DNA of 64,000 bases, taken from contig JAVCDE010000003.1 in the NCBI GenBank assembly GCA_030765185.1, positions 38 through 64,037 of the forward strand, in the 5' to 3' direction. Shown in pieces: positions 1 through 9,781 of this stretch. A model generated the notes under the pieces. The model was not told where the DNA came from. It ran no database searches and saw only the letters and a list, made by a program, of their open reading frames with translations. A program made the translations under genes and the position numbers. The stretch's first letter is position 1, and the number at the start of each line of letters is the position of its first letter. The DNA is from Candidatus Aceula meridiana. Lineage in GTDB: Bacteria > Omnitrophota > Gorgyraeia > Zapsychrales > Aceulaceae.

Positions 1-191
1 AAGACGGTGGTGATCCTGATTTGAAGAAATACCGTAAGAATTTTGGGCGTACGGATATAGAAATTAAGGATATGCGTTTACGCATTGAGGCTGAATTGTT
101 CGATGTTCTCGTACCCAACGAACGTAAAAATTTTGATTTAGATACAGCCCTTAAGCGGATTAACAAGGTTATGGAAGGCGTGAGCGGATAG
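1..191 (+). CDS. 3' end of an unidentified CDS (partial)
   Basis: Open frame from position 3 (DGGDPDLKKYRKNFGRTDIEIKDMRLRIEAELF...VSG) to TAG at 189-191. Confidence 0.55.
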   Translation, partial: DGGDPDLKKYRKNFGRTDIEIKDMRLRIEAELFDVLVPNERKNFDLDTALKRINKVMEGVSG

Positions 192-328
192 CTCGTCGCA
201 TGTAGTATGTAGGATATAGTTTTTGGAGGGACCCTTCAGGATAAGTTTTAGCAAATAACCGCAAGTCTTTAAATCACCCCTTTAGGATTTCGGCTGATGG
301 CAAGAAAAGGGGTTAACAAAATTGTGCG

Positions 329-371
329 TACTCGGAAAAAGTATTGACTTTTTCCGAGTATAGATTAGACT
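329..371 (+). promoter_or_regulatory. sigma70-like promoter overlapped by a 14-bp perfect inverted repeat (putative operator)
   Basis: TACTCGGAAAAAGT(329-342)-attg-ACTTTTTCCGAGTA(347-360); TTGACT 344-349, TAGACT 366-371; ATG at 378. Confidence 0.6.
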
Positions 372-377
372 TTAAGT

Positions 378-1607
378 ATGAAGAAAAGAACCCTTTATAA
401 AGAGATTTGGAGTGAATTGTCCAAGGACAAGCCCATGGTTATGTTGGCCGGGCCACGTCAGTCAGGTAAAACCACATTTGCTCGAGATATCGTCGCAAAG
501 GATTTTACCGACACTATTTATTTTAATTGGGATCTTTCTGCCGATAAAAGTCGGCTTATTGAAGATCCGACTTTCTTTTCCAAAGCGCCTCAAAGCAGCA
601 CTTCTTCCCGTCCCCTGGTTATTCTTGACGAGATTCATAAATATCGCGATTGGAAGAATTATCTTAAGGGGGTTTATGATCAGTTTGCGGGAGAGTATCT
701 GTTCTTTGTCACTGGGAGCGGGCGCTTGGAGTTTTCTCGCAAGGCGGGTGATTCGCTTGCCGGCCGCTTCCTTAAGTTCCATATTTTTCCTTTGACGCTT
801 GGCGAACTTTTTTCCCACCGTAGAACACTGCGAGATTTTATCGATGACCCCCTGGAAGGTTTTGACGATATTTCCGCTAAAGCAACAGGGGAGGCATTTC
901 GTTCGCTCTGGGAGTTCAGTGGATTCCCAGAGCCTTTCATAAAGGGAAAAAAAGCATTTTGGTCCAAGTGGTCTGCTTCTTATGGTCAGCAAATCGTTAG
1001 GGATGATTTAAGGACGGTCGCAGACATACGTAACCTTGACTTGATCGAAACTCTTTTCGCGCTCGTTCCTTCGCGGGTCGGAAGCCCTCTATCGATGAAT
1101 AATTTAGCCGGGGATCTTGGAGTTGCTTTTGATACCGTCAAAAACTGGTTATTGCTTTTTGATTCATTTTATCTTACTTTTCGCATCTCTCCATGGACAG
1201 CGAAAATATCAAGAAGCATCCTTAAGGAAAAAAAGATATATCTTTTTAATTTTCCAGTTATTGATAATGAAGGCAGCCGCTTTGAGAATTTAGTTGCTCT
1301 TGAGCTTCTAAGGGCGGTTGAGACTTGGAATGACCGCGGGCTTGGCCAGTTTACGTTACGCTATCTCAGAAATAAGGATAAGCAGGAAGTAGATTTTCTT
1401 TTAGTAGAAAATAATCGTCCATTCCTTCTTGTGGAGACAAAGGTCTCTGACGGAACGCCCACTTCGAGCTTATTGACCTTTCAGGATTTATTAAACATTC
1501 CCGCTGTTCAGCTTATCAAGAAAGATGGAGTGAAGAAATTTTTCAAAAATGGCAAGAATAATGTTTTAGTTGTGACAGCTCATCAGTGGCTCTCATCGTT
1601 ACCTTAA
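378..1607 (+). CDS. AAA+ ATPase, AAA_14/DUF4143 family
   Basis: Walker A GPRQSGKTT, Walker B VILDEIH, TGS motif, SLAGR, wHTH-like segment, C-terminal EVDFLL...LVETK. Confidence 0.88.
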   Translation: MKKRTLYKEIWSELSKDKPMVMLAGPRQSGKTTFARDIVAKDFTDTIYFNWDLSADKSRLIEDPTFFSKAPQSSTSSRPLVILDEIHKYRDWKNYLKGVYDQFAGEYLFFVTGSGRLEFSRKAGDSLAGRFLKFHIFPLTLGELFSHRRTLRDFIDDPLEGFDDISAKATGEAFRSLWEFSGFPEPFIKGKKAFWSKWSASYGQQIVRDDLRTVADIRNLDLIETLFALVPSRVGSPLSMNNLAGDLGVAFDTVKNWLLLFDSFYLTFRISPWTAKISRSILKEKKIYLFNFPVIDNEGSRFENLVALELLRAVETWNDRGLGQFTLRYLRNKDKQEVDFLLVENNRPFLLVETKVSDGTPTSSLLTFQDLLNIPAVQLIKKDGVKKFFKNGKNNVLVVTAHQWLSSLP

Positions 1608-1734
1608 ACAATTTAGCCGTTCGCAGAAACGCCCAACCCTATGGCCCTGTTGAGCCGCGAGGCTGGGGGCTAGAAATAAGATTTATCATGACAAAAAATT
1701 TTTCCAATAGTTTTATCAAAATGAAAGTTAAGAG

Positions 1735-2298
1735 ATGGTAAAACGAATTTTTGATTTTATTTTAGCTCTGTTTTTAATTGTTTTTTTGAGCATTCCGCTT
1801 TTGGTTATTGCTTTATGGATCAAGCTAAGCTCTAAGGGTCCTGCAATATTCTGGACGGATCGCATTGGCATCGATAATACTATTTTTAAGATGACAAAAT
1901 TTAGGACCATGCAAATCAATACGCCACAAGTGGCGACCCATTTGATGAAAAATCCAAAAGATTATTTGATTCCTGGAGGGGATTTCTTGCGTAAATACAG
2001 CTTGGATGAGTTGCCGCAATTATTTAATGTCTTAAAGGGGGAGATGAGCTTTGTTGGGCCGCGGCCTGCATTGTTTAATCAGGATGATCTAAAGGCGCTG
2101 CGCACAGAAAAAGATATTCATGTTCTTGTCCCGGGCATTACGGGTTGGGCTCAGGTTAACGGGAGGGACGATCTTCCTATTCCGGTAAAGGTTTCTTTTG
2201 ACGAGTATTATTTAAAACATCGTTGTTTTTTATTTGACCTTCGTATTCTTTTTTTAACTGTTTTTGGAGTTCTAAAGAAAAAAGGCGTCCAGCACTGA
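1735..2298 (+). CDS. initiating undecaprenyl-phosphate sugar transferase (Bac_transf, PglC/WcaJ-like)
   Basis: KRIFD, KFRTM, SLDELPQLFNVLKGEMSFVGPRP, PGITGWAQVNGR. Confidence 0.93.
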   Translation: MVKRIFDFILALFLIVFLSIPLLVIALWIKLSSKGPAIFWTDRIGIDNTIFKMTKFRTMQINTPQVATHLMKNPKDYLIPGGDFLRKYSLDELPQLFNVLKGEMSFVGPRPALFNQDDLKALRTEKDIHVLVPGITGWAQVNGRDDLPIPVKVSFDEYYLKHRCFLFDLRILFLTVFGVLKKKGVQH

Positions 2299-2314
2299 GG
2301 GCAACGACAATGAG

Positions 2315-2342
2315 TTGCTTAAATTATTTCTTAACGTATAAT
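2315..2342 (+). promoter_or_regulatory. sigma70-like promoter
   Basis: TTGCTT-16-TATAAT just upstream of ATG 2351. Confidence 0.45.
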
Positions 2343-2350
2343 ATAATCTT

Positions 2351-4192
2351 ATGAATATTTATATTAAAGGTCTAGTTCTAAAGTTTCGTCGTTTCCTTAT
2401 CTTGGTTGTCCACTTAATTCTCGCAACCGCTGCGTATATTTTGGCTTATCATCTGCGCTTAGATTTTACGATTAATCACGCGTATTGGGAGATAATCTTT
2501 AAGACCTTGCCGTTTCTTCTTGGCATTAAAATGGTCCTATTCTTTTATCATGGCCTTTTTTCCGGCTTGTGGCGATACGCGAGCGTTGATGATGTTTGGA
2601 GGATCGCCAAGGCAAATATTTTATCAACGCTAGGCTTTCTTGCCGGATCTGCCTTGTTATTTCCTGCCATCAGAATTCCGCGGTCTGTGATTATTTTAGA
2701 TTGTATTTTGTGCTTTGGTTTGATGACAGGAATCCGTCTTGCTGTCCGATTGTTTCGAGAAAAATTTCGTCCTTTTTTTATGAAAAATAAGAAAAGAGTT
2801 CTTATCGTTGGGGCAGGAGAGGCCGGTGTTTTAGTTTTAAGAGAAGCCCGCAATAATCCTAAAGCTAATATTGAGATTGTTGGCTTTATCGATGATGATC
2901 ATCATAAAAGAAATCTTCGCGTCCAAGGAATTAGGATTTTAGGAACACGCCATGATATTGAGGCGTTAGTACAGAAGCATGGAATTGATGAAATTATTAT
3001 TGCGATACCTTCGGCGGTTGGAGGGGTTATCAGGGATATCGTTTCCTATTGTCAAATTTCTTCTGTCAAAATAAGAATTGTGCCTGGCTTGCAAAAGATT
3101 TTGAGCGGCGAAACAGAAGTGAAACCTCGAGACATAAGACCTGATGACCTTTTGGGCCGAGAGACTGTTCAGGTTAACGAAGAAGAGATCAGCGCGTATC
3201 TGACGGACAAAGTTGTTTTAGTGACTGGCGCAGGGGGGTCTATTGGGTCAGTTTTATGTAAGCAAATTGCAAGGTTTCATCCGAAAGAAATATTGTTATT
3301 TGATCATAATGAAAATGATGTTTATTTTTTAACCATTGATTTTCTAAAGAAATATCCGCATGTTAAGCTAACAACGATTATCGGAGACATTAAGGATGTC
3401 GGAGTTTTAAAGCATACGCTTTCTCGTTATAAGCCTCAGGTTGTTTTTCATGCCGCTGCGCATAAACATGTTCCCTTGCTTGAAGAAAATCCAGCATCTG
3501 CTGTTAAAAATAATGTTTTAGGAACCGGAAATTTAATTTATGCTTCGCATCATTATAAGGTGGAGAGGTTTATCTTAATTTCAACGGATAAGGCCGTTAA
3601 TCCATCGAGCGTGATGGGGCTTACAAAGCGTGTTGCCGAGATGCTTTTGCAGGCTAAAGCCAAAAAAAGCCAAACAAAGTTTATGGCTGTGCGTTTTGGT
3701 AATGTATTAGGATCAGCAGGGAGCATCGTGCCATTGTTTATGAAGCAGATTGAGGAAGGCGGGCCTGTTACGGTAACGCATCCAGAAGCACAGCGGTATT
3801 TCATGAGTGTTAACGAAGCGGTTTTGCTGGTTTTGCAGGCAAGCGTTATGGGCCAAGGTGGGGAGGTTTTTGTTTTAGACATGGGAGAGCAAATTAAAAT
3901 TGTTGATTTGGCGAGGGATCTTATTATTCTTTCTGGTTTTGTTCCGGAAAAAGATATCGAGATTTCTTTTGTTGGGCTTCGCCCAGGAGAAAAATTGAAA
4001 GAAGTATTATTTTTAAACAGGGAGCGAGATTCTGCAACGCAATACGATAAAATTTTTGTGGCGCCTCCGGATGAGTTTGATATTCGAAAATTAAAGCAAG
4101 AAATCCGTAAGCTTTTATTGTGCGCGCAGAATTATGATTATGCGAAGATTCGTGATTTGCTTAATGAGATTGTTTTGGACGTAAAAAAATAG
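2351..4192 (+). CDS. NDP-sugar 4,6-dehydratase (PglF/CapD family)
   Basis: N-terminal TM helices, VGAGEAG, TGAGGSIG, HAAAHKHVP, STDKAVNP, VRFGNVLGS, GLRPGEKL. Confidence 0.93.
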   Translation: MNIYIKGLVLKFRRFLILVVHLILATAAYILAYHLRLDFTINHAYWEIIFKTLPFLLGIKMVLFFYHGLFSGLWRYASVDDVWRIAKANILSTLGFLAGSALLFPAIRIPRSVIILDCILCFGLMTGIRLAVRLFREKFRPFFMKNKKRVLIVGAGEAGVLVLREARNNPKANIEIVGFIDDDHHKRNLRVQGIRILGTRHDIEALVQKHGIDEIIIAIPSAVGGVIRDIVSYCQISSVKIRIVPGLQKILSGETEVKPRDIRPDDLLGRETVQVNEEEISAYLTDKVVLVTGAGGSIGSVLCKQIARFHPKEILLFDHNENDVYFLTIDFLKKYPHVKLTTIIGDIKDVGVLKHTLSRYKPQVVFHAAAHKHVPLLEENPASAVKNNVLGTGNLIYASHHYKVERFILISTDKAVNPSSVMGLTKRVAEMLLQAKAKKSQTKFMAVRFGNVLGSAGSIVPLFMKQIEEGGPVTVTHPEAQRYFMSVNEAVLLVLQASVMGQGGEVFVLDMGEQIKIVDLARDLIILSGFVPEKDIEISFVGLRPGEKLKEVLFLNRERDSATQYDKIFVAPPDEFDIRKLKQEIRKLLLCAQNYDYAKIRDLLNEIVLDVKK

Positions 4193-4230
4193 TAGGGATA
4201 ACGAATGGTTTTTAAAAAAAAGGTTTTAAT

Positions 4231-5436
4231 TTGAATCGTCAAAAAATTATTACTGTATCAGAAAAAGTTATTGAATACGGATTCTATGGATTAATATTTT
4301 TTCTTCCTATATCCAAGGCTTTGATTGAATCCTGTGCAGGGTTTGTTTTTCTTGGGTTTGTTGTTAACAAGGCAATGACTAGGGATTTTACAAGGTTTAA
4401 GACAGATGCCAAGATTTTCTGGCTTTTGTTTGCGTTATTTGTTTTTAGCGCACTGTCATTAATTAATAGCGGTCCTTTTTTAGCAAAAGGGTTTAAGGCG
4501 TTATTTTTTAAATGGGGAGAGTATTTTTTTCTTTTTATGATTGCCGTCGATCATTTTAAAGATCGAAAATTGATAAAAAGATTTTTTTATGTTTTTGCTT
4601 TTATTGTTACGCTCGTTGGCCTTTCGGCTTTGTCTCAGAGGTTTTTAGGCATTGAGTTTTTTAGAGGCCGGCCCCTGATAGGGCTTGCCGTGACGGGACC
4701 TTTTAAAAACCCTAATGATTTAGGCGCCTATCTTATTTGTTGTTTTCCGGTCTTAATTTCTTTAGCATATTGGAATTGGAAGTGGAAAAGAAAGGTGACC
4801 GCTCCTGTTGTATTTTTTGCGTGCGTTATTTTGTTGGCATCGATTCTTCTGACTATTTCAAGGGGCGCATGGCTTGGGGTTACGATTGGATTTTTGATGA
4901 TGATTGCCTTTTGTTCGAAAAAAAGACTTCTTTCGTTAGTTTTTGGAATTTTTCTTTGTTTTGTATTTTCGATTCCCTTTTTTAGGAAAGAAATTATTTA
5001 TTCTTTTGGCCCTGCAGGGGATGGGAATAGGTATGTTATTTGGAACGGTGCCATTGACATGATCAGAGAAAATCCATTCTTGGGCAAGGGCCTTGGGACG
5101 TTTATGGATTATTTTGAGAAGTATGTTCCTAATATAGGTATTTTTTATGCACATAATTGTTATTTGCAGATGTGGGCAGAGAGTGGGATTTTTACTTTGC
5201 TTGCGTTTTTGTTTTTAGCAGGTTTTGTTGTTTTTCGTGGAGCTCGAATTGCTTTTAAGAATCGAGAGGATGACTTTGGAATTCTTTTAAGCGGCTTGAT
5301 TGCAGGGATTTCTGGATTTCTGATAGCTAGTTTTTTTGATACACACTTGTATTCGCTGAAGCTGAGTGTTTTATTTTGGGTTATGTTAGGGGTGACCGTT
5401 TCTATCGAGAGGGTTCTTTTAGAAAAGAAAGTTTAG
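4231..5436 (+). CDS. O-antigen ligase / Wzy_C family membrane protein
   Basis: Multi-TM; GPFKNPN, SRGAW, P(F)LGKGLGTF, AHNCYLQMWAESG. Confidence 0.88.
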   Translation: MNRQKIITVSEKVIEYGFYGLIFFLPISKALIESCAGFVFLGFVVNKAMTRDFTRFKTDAKIFWLLFALFVFSALSLINSGPFLAKGFKALFFKWGEYFFLFMIAVDHFKDRKLIKRFFYVFAFIVTLVGLSALSQRFLGIEFFRGRPLIGLAVTGPFKNPNDLGAYLICCFPVLISLAYWNWKWKRKVTAPVVFFACVILLASILLTISRGAWLGVTIGFLMMIAFCSKKRLLSLVFGIFLCFVFSIPFFRKEIIYSFGPAGDGNRYVIWNGAIDMIRENPFLGKGLGTFMDYFEKYVPNIGIFYAHNCYLQMWAESGIFTLLAFLFLAGFVVFRGARIAFKNREDDFGILLSGLIAGISGFLIASFFDTHLYSLKLSVLFWVMLGVTVSIERVLLEKKV

Positions 5437-5438
5437 AG

Positions 5439-6728
5439 ATGAGCAGAGAAAAGATTATAAAAATAGCAGATAAAATAATTGAATATTCTATATATAGTCT
5501 CGTTTTTTTTATTCCTATTTCAATAGCTGGTGTTGGAATTTCTTGTGTTTTTGCTACGATTGCCTTTTTTGTAAAAAAGTCTTTGCATCCTGATTTTTCT
5601 TTTATTAAGGATAATAAGTTTGCTTATGTTTTTCTTTCTTTATTTATTATGTTCATGGCTTTATCACTTATTAACAGCGGCCCTTATCTTAGCAAAAGTT
5701 TAAGAGCTTTAGGTGGGAAATGGATACAGTATCTTTTTATTTTTATCATTGTTGCAGATACTTTTAGAACGCCAAAGCGGATTAAAAATGTAATTATCTT
5801 GGCACTAGGCATGCTAGGATGGGTTACTTTATCCGCATGGTGTCAGAAGTTTTTAGGGTTTGAATTTTTTAGGGGCAGGTCTTTAGTTGGGTTTGCTGTA
5901 ACAGGGCCTTTTAAGAATCCCAATGATTTTGGGGCGTATCTTGTTTTTTATTTGCTTTTAATTTTAAACGTAAATACTATTAATTTTAGAAATAAAATTT
6001 ATCGTTTTTTTGCTCTTTTAATTTTATTTTTATCTGGAGGCGCACTTTTACTGGCACTTTCTCGGGGAGCATGGCTTGGATTCTTGCTAGGAGGGTTTTT
6101 GTTAGTTGCGATAACGAAGAAATATAAATATATTTTGTCATTCTTAAGTCTTTTTTTTATTAGCGTAGCTTTTTTATCAACAGCAAGGGTGAGGCTAGAG
6201 AAGACTTTTTCTCTTGTTTGGAATGCAGTAAGTGCCCAGGCTGGAGGTAGCGCTACAGGTATTTCAGCTGGAGGTGGCGCTGAAGGTAGTGTCATAGGAG
6301 ATCCCATAAGATTTACTATATGGCAAGGGGCAATAGACATGATTAGAGAGAATCCCTTTTTGGGTAAGGGGCTTGGCACGTTTATGAGTTATTTTGAACA
6401 ATATTCTCATATCCCTAAAGGCGGTGTTTATTATGCACATAATTGTTATCTTCAGATGGCGGCAGAGAGCGGGATTTTTTCATTTATTTTCTTTCTTTGT
6501 TTTGTTGGGTTTATTTTATATCGTGCTGCACGTCTTTCATTTGTCAATCGACAAAAAAGCTTTGGACTTATTTTAGGTGGTTTAACAGCTGGCCTTTTTG
6601 GATTCTTGGTGCACAGTACTTTTGATACGCAGCTTTATTCAGTACAGCCTAAGGCGCTTTTTTGGGTGATGCTTGGGCTGACACAAGCAACGTACAGTGT
6701 TTTGCTTTGTGATCAAAAGAAGCTCTAA
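5439..6728 (+). CDS. O-antigen ligase / Wzy_C family membrane protein (paralogue of the upstream gene)
   Basis: Same motif set (GPFKNPND, SRGAW, AHNCYLQMAAESG); start moved to ATG 5439 (MSREKII) by alignment with the paralogue. Confidence 0.88.
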   Translation: MSREKIIKIADKIIEYSIYSLVFFIPISIAGVGISCVFATIAFFVKKSLHPDFSFIKDNKFAYVFLSLFIMFMALSLINSGPYLSKSLRALGGKWIQYLFIFIIVADTFRTPKRIKNVIILALGMLGWVTLSAWCQKFLGFEFFRGRSLVGFAVTGPFKNPNDFGAYLVFYLLLILNVNTINFRNKIYRFFALLILFLSGGALLLALSRGAWLGFLLGGFLLVAITKKYKYILSFLSLFFISVAFLSTARVRLEKTFSLVWNAVSAQAGGSATGISAGGGAEGSVIGDPIRFTIWQGAIDMIRENPFLGKGLGTFMSYFEQYSHIPKGGVYYAHNCYLQMAAESGIFSFIFFLCFVGFILYRAARLSFVNRQKSFGLILGGLTAGLFGFLVHSTFDTQLYSVQPKALFWVMLGLTQATYSVLLCDQKKL

Positions 6729-6836
6729 GGGACTCCAAAGAGAAAAGATAGACCAACCTTCGCGCTTAAGGAGAATTTATTTTATTGTTTAGAAAGACTT
6801 GGTTTTAGTTGTGAGATTTTATTAATAGGAGAAAAA

Positions 6837-7178
6837 ATGAAAATATTAGACACAGCGATTACAGTTAACGAACTTAAACAGCTGGCACAAAATACTTTTG
6901 GCAATTTAATTAAAGCTGTTGTTGATATTGACCGCGGATTAGTTGCTGTTGATGCAGAGCTGCATTCTGATTTAGAGGCCTTGCTTCTAGAGCAGGGATC
7001 AGAGCAAAACAGCCTTTGGGGTATTAATTTTTATCCTGAGGTTGAAGGCGATGACTTCTTGGAATTTGATTCTATGATAAATATGCGGCCATCTCAAGGA
7101 AATAAAAGCCGAGGTGTTGATTCTGCAGAAATTCGTGGAAAAATTATTGAAATTGTTAATAAATGGATAAAACGATAA
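6837..7178 (+). CDS. DUF5674-like protein
   Basis: KAVVDID...DAELHSDLEALLLEQGS...LWGIN...EFDSMINMRP pattern; AGGAG RBS. Confidence 0.7.
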   Translation: MKILDTAITVNELKQLAQNTFGNLIKAVVDIDRGLVAVDAELHSDLEALLLEQGSEQNSLWGINFYPEVEGDDFLEFDSMINMRPSQGNKSRGVDSAEIRGKIIEIVNKWIKR

Positions 7179-7180
7179 AA

Positions 7181-7507
7181 ATGCAACACAAAGAACTTGC
7201 CAGGGGGCGCTGGGTTAAGATGTCTTTTTGTGAGCAAATGGCCAATGTTGGCAGCGAAGTTAGCCGCGCGCTCAATTGGCGAAAAAAGGAAAAAGACAGT
7301 CTTTCTAAAGAAGCAGTTAATCGGGCGTTGGAATTGCTTGATCTTACTATTGCGTCAGTGCAGAAATATTCTCGCCTGAAAGAGCTTTTTAGGGCAAGAG
7401 AAGCCCTTGTTGATTTTTTCTACGGGGTAAATGAATTTTCATCATCGGAAACTTTGTGGCGCAAGTATTTTGATTGTTTTAATTATGCGGCAAGAAAACA
7501 TTGTTAG
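7181..7507 (+). CDS. conserved hypothetical helical protein, partner of the DUF5674-like gene
   Basis: QHKELARGRW...EQMANVGSEV; ATG 2 nt after the upstream stop (alternative start 7163). Confidence 0.65.
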   Translation: MQHKELARGRWVKMSFCEQMANVGSEVSRALNWRKKEKDSLSKEAVNRALELLDLTIASVQKYSRLKELFRAREALVDFFYGVNEFSSSETLWRKYFDCFNYAARKHC

Positions 7508-7590
7508 GGCTCTACCTTTAAGCGAAGATTTACACGATTAGCAAGAAAGAAGTATTGCTGTTTTGTATTGCTGTTTTGCTGGCGACTTCA

Positions 7591-7618
7591 TTGACAAATC
7601 GTTCAGAATATATATAAT
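7591..7618 (+). promoter_or_regulatory. sigma70 promoter of the pgk operon
   Basis: TTGACA-16-TATAAT. Confidence 0.7.
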
Positions 7619-7694
7619 AAGGCTGATTTTCCGCTTTTATTAAGGCACTATCCGTTTGGAAATTAAAGAGTTAGACGAAAAGGAGTTTTTTAAA

Positions 7695-8882
7695 ATGAAC
7701 AAAATGACGGTTAAAGATCTAGATGTTAAAGACAAGAAAGTTATTATTCGCGCTGATTTTAATGTTCCTCTAGATAAGGAGCTTAATATCACAGACGACA
7801 GGAGAATTCAGGCATCATTGCCTACCATAAAATATGTTTTAGAAAATGGCGCTTCTAAGGTTATTTTAATGAGTCATTTAGGCCGTCCTAAGGGCGAAGG
7901 CCCTGAAGATGCCTTTCGGCTTAATCCTGTGGCCAAGCGTCTCGAGGAGCTGTTAGGCCAAAAGGTTTTAAAGCTTGATGATTGCGTTGGCGATGAAGTT
8001 AAAGCAGCAGTTGATGGCGCCACAGAAAAGATTATTCTTTTAGAAAATTTAAGATTCCATAAACAAGAAAAGAAAAATGATCCTGAATTTGCTAAACAAT
8101 TAGCCTCTTTGGCGGATGTTTATGTCAACGATGCTTTTGGAACAGCGCACAGGGCACACGCCTCAGTAGCCGGCATTACAGAATATTTACCGTCGGCGGC
8201 AGGATTTCTTTTAGAGAAAGAGATTAAATATTTTGGTCAAGTTATTGAGAATCCACAAAAGCCTTTCGTTGTTATTCTCGGCGGAGCCAAGGTTTCGGAT
8301 AAAATTCCTTTAGTTGAAAGTCTTATTAAAAAAGCTGATAGTATTTTGATCGGCGGAGGGATGGCATATACATTTTTAAAGGCATTGGGCAAGAATATTG
8401 GAAATTCAAAGCTTGAAGCGGATAAAATTGATACGGCGAAAGACCTTTTAGAAAAAGCAAAAGAGGCTGGCGTTCAAATACTACTTTCAGAAGATTACGT
8501 TATCGTTGAAGATTTTGATAAGCCGGAAACAAAGAGGATTGTCGACGATATTCCTGACGGATGGGATAGCCTAGATATCGGTCCTAAGACGCGCGAAAGT
8601 TTTAAAAAAGTGCTAGCTACCGCTAAAACTGTTGTGTGGAATGGGCCTGTAGGAGTTTTTGAAATTGATGCTTATGCCGACGGAACAAAAGATATTGCTG
8701 AGTATCTCGCTACGTTAAAAGATGTCACGATTATCGTTGGCGGCGGAGATTCTGCGGCGGCTGTGGCTAAATTTGGCGTTGAAGATAAAATGACACACAT
8801 CTCGACCGGGGGAGGAGCTTCGCTAGAGTTTTTAGAAGGCAAAGAGCTTCCTGGGATTGCGGCGTTACAGGATAAAAAATAA
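7695..8882 (+). CDS. pgk: phosphoglycerate kinase
   Basis: [46 protein letters not shown]; AGGAG RBS before ATG 7695. Confidence 0.98.
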   Translation: MNKMTVKDLDVKDKKVIIRADFNVPLDKELNITDDRRIQASLPTIKYVLENGASKVILMSHLGRPKGEGPEDAFRLNPVAKRLEELLGQKVLKLDDCVGDEVKAAVDGATEKIILLENLRFHKQEKKNDPEFAKQLASLADVYVNDAFGTAHRAHASVAGITEYLPSAAGFLLEKEIKYFGQVIENPQKPFVVILGGAKVSDKIPLVESLIKKADSILIGGGMAYTFLKALGKNIGNSKLEADKIDTAKDLLEKAKEAGVQILLSEDYVIVEDFDKPETKRIVDDIPDGWDSLDIGPKTRESFKKVLATAKTVVWNGPVGVFEIDAYADGTKDIAEYLATLKDVTIIVGGGDSAAAVAKFGVEDKMTHISTGGGASLEFLEGKELPGIAALQDKK

Positions 8883-8892
8883 ATCAAGGAAG

Positions 8893-8984
8893 TCCCTATT
8901 CGGCTGCTGGGACGCAGCCTCACGGGATAAATTCGCGCGGCTGACTTGACGTTGCTTACGCTCCGTAAGTCAGGCGCTCATTTA
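8893..8984. repeat. REP-like double hairpin element
   Basis: Two GC-rich stems each bracketed ATTC...TCA(C/T): GGCTGC/GCAGCC and GCGC..CTGACTT/AAGTCAG..GCGC. Confidence 0.5.
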
Positions 8985-8997
8985 AGAGGAGATATTC

Positions 8998-9759
8998 ATG
9001 GCACGGAAACCAATAATCGCAGGAAACTGGAAATTAAATAAAACAATCAAAGAAGCTCTTGAGCTAGTCGGCGGGATTAAGGAAAAAGTTGCAGACGTTA
9101 AGGACGTTGACATTGTCGTTGGTCCTGTTTTTACAGCTCTTTCTGAAGTTGGCAAACTTACTTCTGGGTCAAACATCGGCTTAAGCGCTCAAAATCTTTA
9201 TTGGGAAGAAGCAGGTGCTTTTACCGGAGAAGTTTCCGCGACATTATTAAAAGATGCTGGATGCCAGTATGTCATTATCGGTCATTCAGAAAGACGTCAG
9301 TATTTTAATGAGACCAATGAAACAGTAAATAAAAAGATTAAGGCAGCTTTAGCTCAGGGACTAACACCGATTGTTTGTGTTGGTGAAAATCTTGAAGAGC
9401 GAGAAGGCGAAAAGACATTTGATGTTGTTCGTGATCATGTTACAAATTCTCTCAAAGGATTTAGCGCTGATGAAATGAAAAAGATGGTAATCGCTTACGA
9501 GCCGGTTTGGGCTATTGGAACAGGTAAGACAGCAACACCGGATCAAGCTCAAGAAGTCCACGCGTTTATTAGAAAACTTTTAAATGAAATGCACGACGAG
9601 AGCGTTGCTGAGAGTATTCGTCTTCAATACGGTGGAAGCGTTAAACCTGACAATATTAAAGACCTTATTTCTCAAAAAGATATTGATGGTGCCTTAGTTG
9701 GCGGGGCGGGTCTTAAAGTTGATTCATTTGTTGGAATTATCCAGGGATGTTTATCGTAA
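8998..9759 (+). CDS. tpiA: triosephosphate isomerase
   Basis: AGNWK, GHSERR, AYEPVWAIGTG, YGGSV. Confidence 0.98.
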   Translation: MARKPIIAGNWKLNKTIKEALELVGGIKEKVADVKDVDIVVGPVFTALSEVGKLTSGSNIGLSAQNLYWEEAGAFTGEVSATLLKDAGCQYVIIGHSERRQYFNETNETVNKKIKAALAQGLTPIVCVGENLEEREGEKTFDVVRDHVTNSLKGFSADEMKKMVIAYEPVWAIGTGKTATPDQAQEVHAFIRKLLNEMHDESVAESIRLQYGGSVKPDNIKDLISQKDIDGALVGGAGLKVDSFVGIIQGCLS

Positions 9760-9781
9760 AAATTAAAGAAGGGGAAAGACA

